Below, piece by piece: positions 60,958 to 64,000 of a DNA stretch of 64,000 bases; position 1 is the first letter of the stretch; every line of letters begins with the position of its first letter. The DNA is from an uncultured Acidobacteriota bacterium. Lineage in GTDB: Bacteria; Acidobacteriota; UBA6911; RPQK01; JAPXNP01. The position numbers and the translations under genes were made by a program. The notes under the pieces are model-generated. The model saw nothing but the letters and a program-made list of their open reading frames with translations, was not told the DNA's origin and did not search any database. The DNA lies in the NCBI GenBank assembly GCA_963777605.1, contig CAVZRV010000030.1, positions 64,001 to 128,000 of the forward strand, read 5' to 3'.

Positions 60958-62301
60958 ATGCGAATGGCCTCACGTTTTATTCTGCCGATCGTCATTTTGT
61001 CGCTTGCCGGGACGCTGGTTCCTGCCCAGCAGGGGGCCGAGTCAGTGGGGCTGTCCAACCGGCCCGAACGCTTGGCGTGGTTTCAGGATCAGGGTCTTGG
61101 ACTGTTTATTCACTGGGGTGTGGACAGCCAGATCGGCTCGGTGATCAGTCACTCCCTGGTGGGAGCGTCGGACGACTACCTCCGTCGATTCTTCGAAGAA
61201 CTGCCGGCTACTTTCGATCCCACTGGGTTTGACGCCGATGCATGGGCCCGACTGGCCCGAGTCGCCGGGTTCCGTTATGTCGTGTTCACGACCAAGCACC
61301 ACTCCGGGTTCACGATGTTTCAAACCGACACGACCGACTTCGGCATTACCCACACTCCATTCGCCCGTGACATAACAGCGGAACTCGTTCGGGCACTGCG
61401 AAACCAGGGCTTGGCGATCGGGTTCTACTTCTCTCCGGACGACTTCAACTTCCTTTACAAGCAGGGCACCCTGATCAGTCGGCGCCGTCCCGAGGCGCAG
61501 CCTGCGAACAACCCGGAGTTGATGGCTCACAACCTGGCGCAGGTGAGGGAGTTGCTCTCCAATTACGGTCCGATCGACGTGGTCTTTTTCGACGGCCCGG
61601 CTGACGGTCTGCTCGACCTCACCTGGAAGCTGCAGCCCTCGGTCGTCGTGACTCGTGGGGCCATGAAAACCCCCGAGATCACCCCTTCCACGAAAGAGGG
61701 GCTGCCGGCGCTCACCTCTATCGAACCATGGGAGGCCTGTTTCACAATGGGAACCTCCTGGCAGTTCAAGCCGACCAACGAGAGTTACCTTCCAGGGAGC
61801 CACTGGATTCAGACCCTGATCGAAACCCGGGCCAAGGGCGGAAACATGCTGCTCAATGTGGGGCCGACACCCGAGGGGCGGATCTCCGCCGTACAGGAGA
61901 ATATCCTCCGTGAAATCGGTCTCTGGATGTTCGTGAACCGGGAGTCTGTCCTTGGTGTTCGTCCCTGGGTCGTTACCAATGAGGGGCCGATCTGGTTTAC
62001 ACAAAAAGAGAAAGAGTCCACCGTCTACGCTTTTGTTGCCGGGGATCCCTGGCCGTGGGGAGCCGGAAAAACGGTTGAACTTCGATCGGTCCAGGCCGGA
62101 CCCGAGACTCGAGTTCAGGTGTTGGGACAGAATGACCAGGTACTCGAGTACCAGCCGGATGTGGTTCCCCGGACTTCCTGGAAGCAGGAGGGCAAGGTTC
62201 TCCGGATCACGGCAACCCGGGCCCAGCGACTCTACAATGACCGGACCTGGCCGAACCCGGTTGTCCTGAAAATCGTAAACGCGAAGGCTGCACCCAGATG
62301 A
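60958..62301 (+). CDS. Exported GH29 alpha-L-fucosidase
   Basis: Signal peptide; WF...LGLFIHWG, TTKHHSGF, FFDG (nucleophile) and GGNMLLNVGP. Confidence 0.92.
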   Translation: MRMASRFILPIVILSLAGTLVPAQQGAESVGLSNRPERLAWFQDQGLGLFIHWGVDSQIGSVISHSLVGASDDYLRRFFEELPATFDPTGFDADAWARLARVAGFRYVVFTTKHHSGFTMFQTDTTDFGITHTPFARDITAELVRALRNQGLAIGFYFSPDDFNFLYKQGTLISRRRPEAQPANNPELMAHNLAQVRELLSNYGPIDVVFFDGPADGLLDLTWKLQPSVVVTRGAMKTPEITPSTKEGLPALTSIEPWEACFTMGTSWQFKPTNESYLPGSHWIQTLIETRAKGGNMLLNVGPTPEGRISAVQENILREIGLWMFVNRESVLGVRPWVVTNEGPIWFTQKEKESTVYAFVAGDPWPWGAGKTVELRSVQAGPETRVQVLGQNDQVLEYQPDVVPRTSWKQEGKVLRITATRAQRLYNDRTWPNPVVLKIVNAKAAPR

Positions 62302-63059
62302 ATCGAACGGTCCTGACCCCTTTCTTTCTCGACAGCCTTGTCCCTGGGCTGCTGGAGTTGAGCTCCGGGGACTCGGTCTTGAACGACCGGGAGCCGGCAG
62401 GGAAGGATCTCCTCGAGCGAATCAGTTCGGTTCACTGCCGGCTGGCGGATCAAGTGGCTGCAGCTGTCTCATCCGGATTCCGTCCTGTTTCGATCGCCGG
62501 CGACTGCTGCACGAGCCTGGCGGTGATGGCCGGACTGGAGCGTGTCGGTGTCTGCCCCCACCTGATCTGGTTCGACGCTCACGGGGATTTCAACACGTTC
62601 GAGACTTCACCGAGTGGCTTCCTGGGAGGCATGCCGTTGGCGATGATGGTCGGGCGAGGGGAACAGCGACTGGTTCGCGCCCTCGGATTGACTCCGTTGG
62701 CCGAGAGCCGGGTAACCCTCACGGATGGGCGGGATCTGGACCCGCTCGAGCGGGAGGCGCTGGCCGCGTCCCGGGTCAACTTTCTGCCCCGGGTGGAAGC
62801 TCTCCTCGAGGGCAGTCTTCCGGACGGACCAATCTACGTTCACTACGATACCGACATCGCGTCGGCTGTCGAGGTGCCGGCGCAGAATTACCCGGTCCCG
62901 GGGGGACCCGGGGCGAAGGAACTGAGACGGGTATTCGATCGCCTGGCGGGTACCGGAAAGATTGTGGCAGTTTCGGTTTCCACCTGGAATCCAAAACTGC
63001 CGGATGCCGCGGTGAGTCGATCGGTCTCGATGGAGTTGCTCCGCCGATTGCTCGGATAG
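62298..63059 (+). CDS. Arginase/ureohydrolase family protein
   Basis: AGDC, WFDAHGDFN, SPSG..GGMPL, GRDLD and VHYDTD. Confidence 0.87.
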   Translation: MNRTVLTPFFLDSLVPGLLELSSGDSVLNDREPAGKDLLERISSVHCRLADQVAAAVSSGFRPVSIAGDCCTSLAVMAGLERVGVCPHLIWFDAHGDFNTFETSPSGFLGGMPLAMMVGRGEQRLVRALGLTPLAESRVTLTDGRDLDPLEREALAASRVNFLPRVEALLEGSLPDGPIYVHYDTDIASAVEVPAQNYPVPGGPGAKELRRVFDRLAGTGKIVAVSVSTWNPKLPDAAVSRSVSMELLRRLLG

Positions 63060-63136
63060 TCTGTGGATCGGTGTCGAATCAACAACTCTTCCGGGGCGAG
63101 GGCCGGACTCTTGTGTAGAATCGCCCGGGAAGGAGA

Positions 63137-63625
63137 ATGCGCATGCTGAAAGGGATATCCCCGGTGCTGACACCGGATCTTCTGGACGTGTTGAATCGGA
63201 TGGGACATGGAGACGAAATAGTGCTTGCCGACGCACACTTTCCCGGCGAGAGCACGGGGCGAATCACGCTCTGGTCGGGTTGCGGGATTCCGCAGCTCCT
63301 GGATGCCATTCTGCCGCTCTTTGAACTCGACGTCTACGTGGAAAGCCCACTCGTGATGATGGCACCTGTGGAGGGAGATTCCCTGGATCCCGAAGTGGAG
63401 TCGTCCTACCTTGTGGCGATCCAGCGCCACGCTCCGAATTCTCCGGCGATTGAGAGGATCGGCCGGTTCGAGTTCTACGATCGCGCTGCCGAGGCCTTCG
63501 CCGTCGTGATGACCGCCGAAACAGCGAAGTACGGCAACATCCTCCTGAAGAAGGGGGTTACGCCCGTAACGGAGTCCGTCTTGAGGCGTTTCCTTCCGGA
63601 AGCGCAAAGCCAGCCAGTGCCCTGA
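63137..63625 (+). CDS. fucU: L-fucose mutarotase (RbsD/FucU family)
   Basis: [27 protein letters not shown] and [10 protein letters not shown]. Confidence 0.9.
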   Translation: MRMLKGISPVLTPDLLDVLNRMGHGDEIVLADAHFPGESTGRITLWSGCGIPQLLDAILPLFELDVYVESPLVMMAPVEGDSLDPEVESSYLVAIQRHAPNSPAIERIGRFEFYDRAAEAFAVVMTAETAKYGNILLKKGVTPVTESVLRRFLPEAQSQPVP

Positions 63626-63630
63626 TGGGA

Positions 63631-64000
63631 TCAGTTTGGCTGTGACACCAGGTCATCGAGGACCCGAAGCAGTCCGGTGATTTTCGGACACCACTCCGAC
63701 GGCCTCATGCTGGGGTGAAGCTCGTTCAATGTGAACATCACTCCCAATCGGTCATCGACGATTGACCGCAGTTTCTGCTGATGTCCTTCCAGTTCGTCGT
63801 CGCCTTCCAGATTGCCGAAATTGAAGGTCAGCTTTCCGTCCGAGAAGAGGGTCAATATGGGCTGATCGGTGATGACGCGTTGCAGGACTTCGAGTGCGCC
63901 GGTCTCTTCTTCTCCTGCCCAGGTGACGTCGTAGGCGAGTTTCTGAAGAGACTGAAAGAAGGTGCGGACGGCCTGAATCTGCGCCGCCGCCAGGTTCTGC
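63631..64000 (-). CDS. Hypothetical protein, C-terminal part (5' end outside window)
   Basis: Frame is open from the window edge to TGA at 63631 (QNLAAAQIQAVRTFF...LFSDGKLTFNFG...). Confidence 0.6.
   Translation of the reverse strand, partial: QNLAAAQIQAVRTFFQSLQKLAYDVTWAGEEETGALEVLQRVITDQPILTLFSDGKLTFNFGNLEGDDELEGHQQKLRSIVDDRLGVMFTLNELHPSMRPSEWCPKITGLLRVLDDLVSQPN

Overview
GC-rich, gene-dense bacterial chromosomal window. The lineage is probably Acidobacteriota, inferred from the GWxTD, DUF5916, TonB and multiple M28 proteins. It holds about 50 mostly housekeeping or secreted-hydrolase genes, including hflX, an ABC-F ATPase, ispH, queF, proline dehydrogenase, cutC, tkt, moaA, an A-type Fe-S carrier, tadA, an ECF sigma/NrsF-like pair, a glgA-like gene, pheA, a GH29 fucosidase and fucU. 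I found no rRNA, tRNA, CRISPR array, integrase, transposase, reverse transcriptase or recognisable defence system. The best candidate for an under-described system is a two-gene module: an SSS transporter that keeps the aromatic cage of animal CHT1/SLC5A7, followed by phosphatidylcholine synthase. Other notable signals are an apparent ATT start codon for hflX, a possible SD-sequestering RNA switch upstream of the glgA-like gene, a dispersed 50-nt intergenic repeat, a penicillin acylase with a four-module C-terminal tail, and several apparently leaderless genes. Three genes carry five +1 frameshifts, most likely assembly errors. All calls rest on motif recognition by eye; no database search was run.
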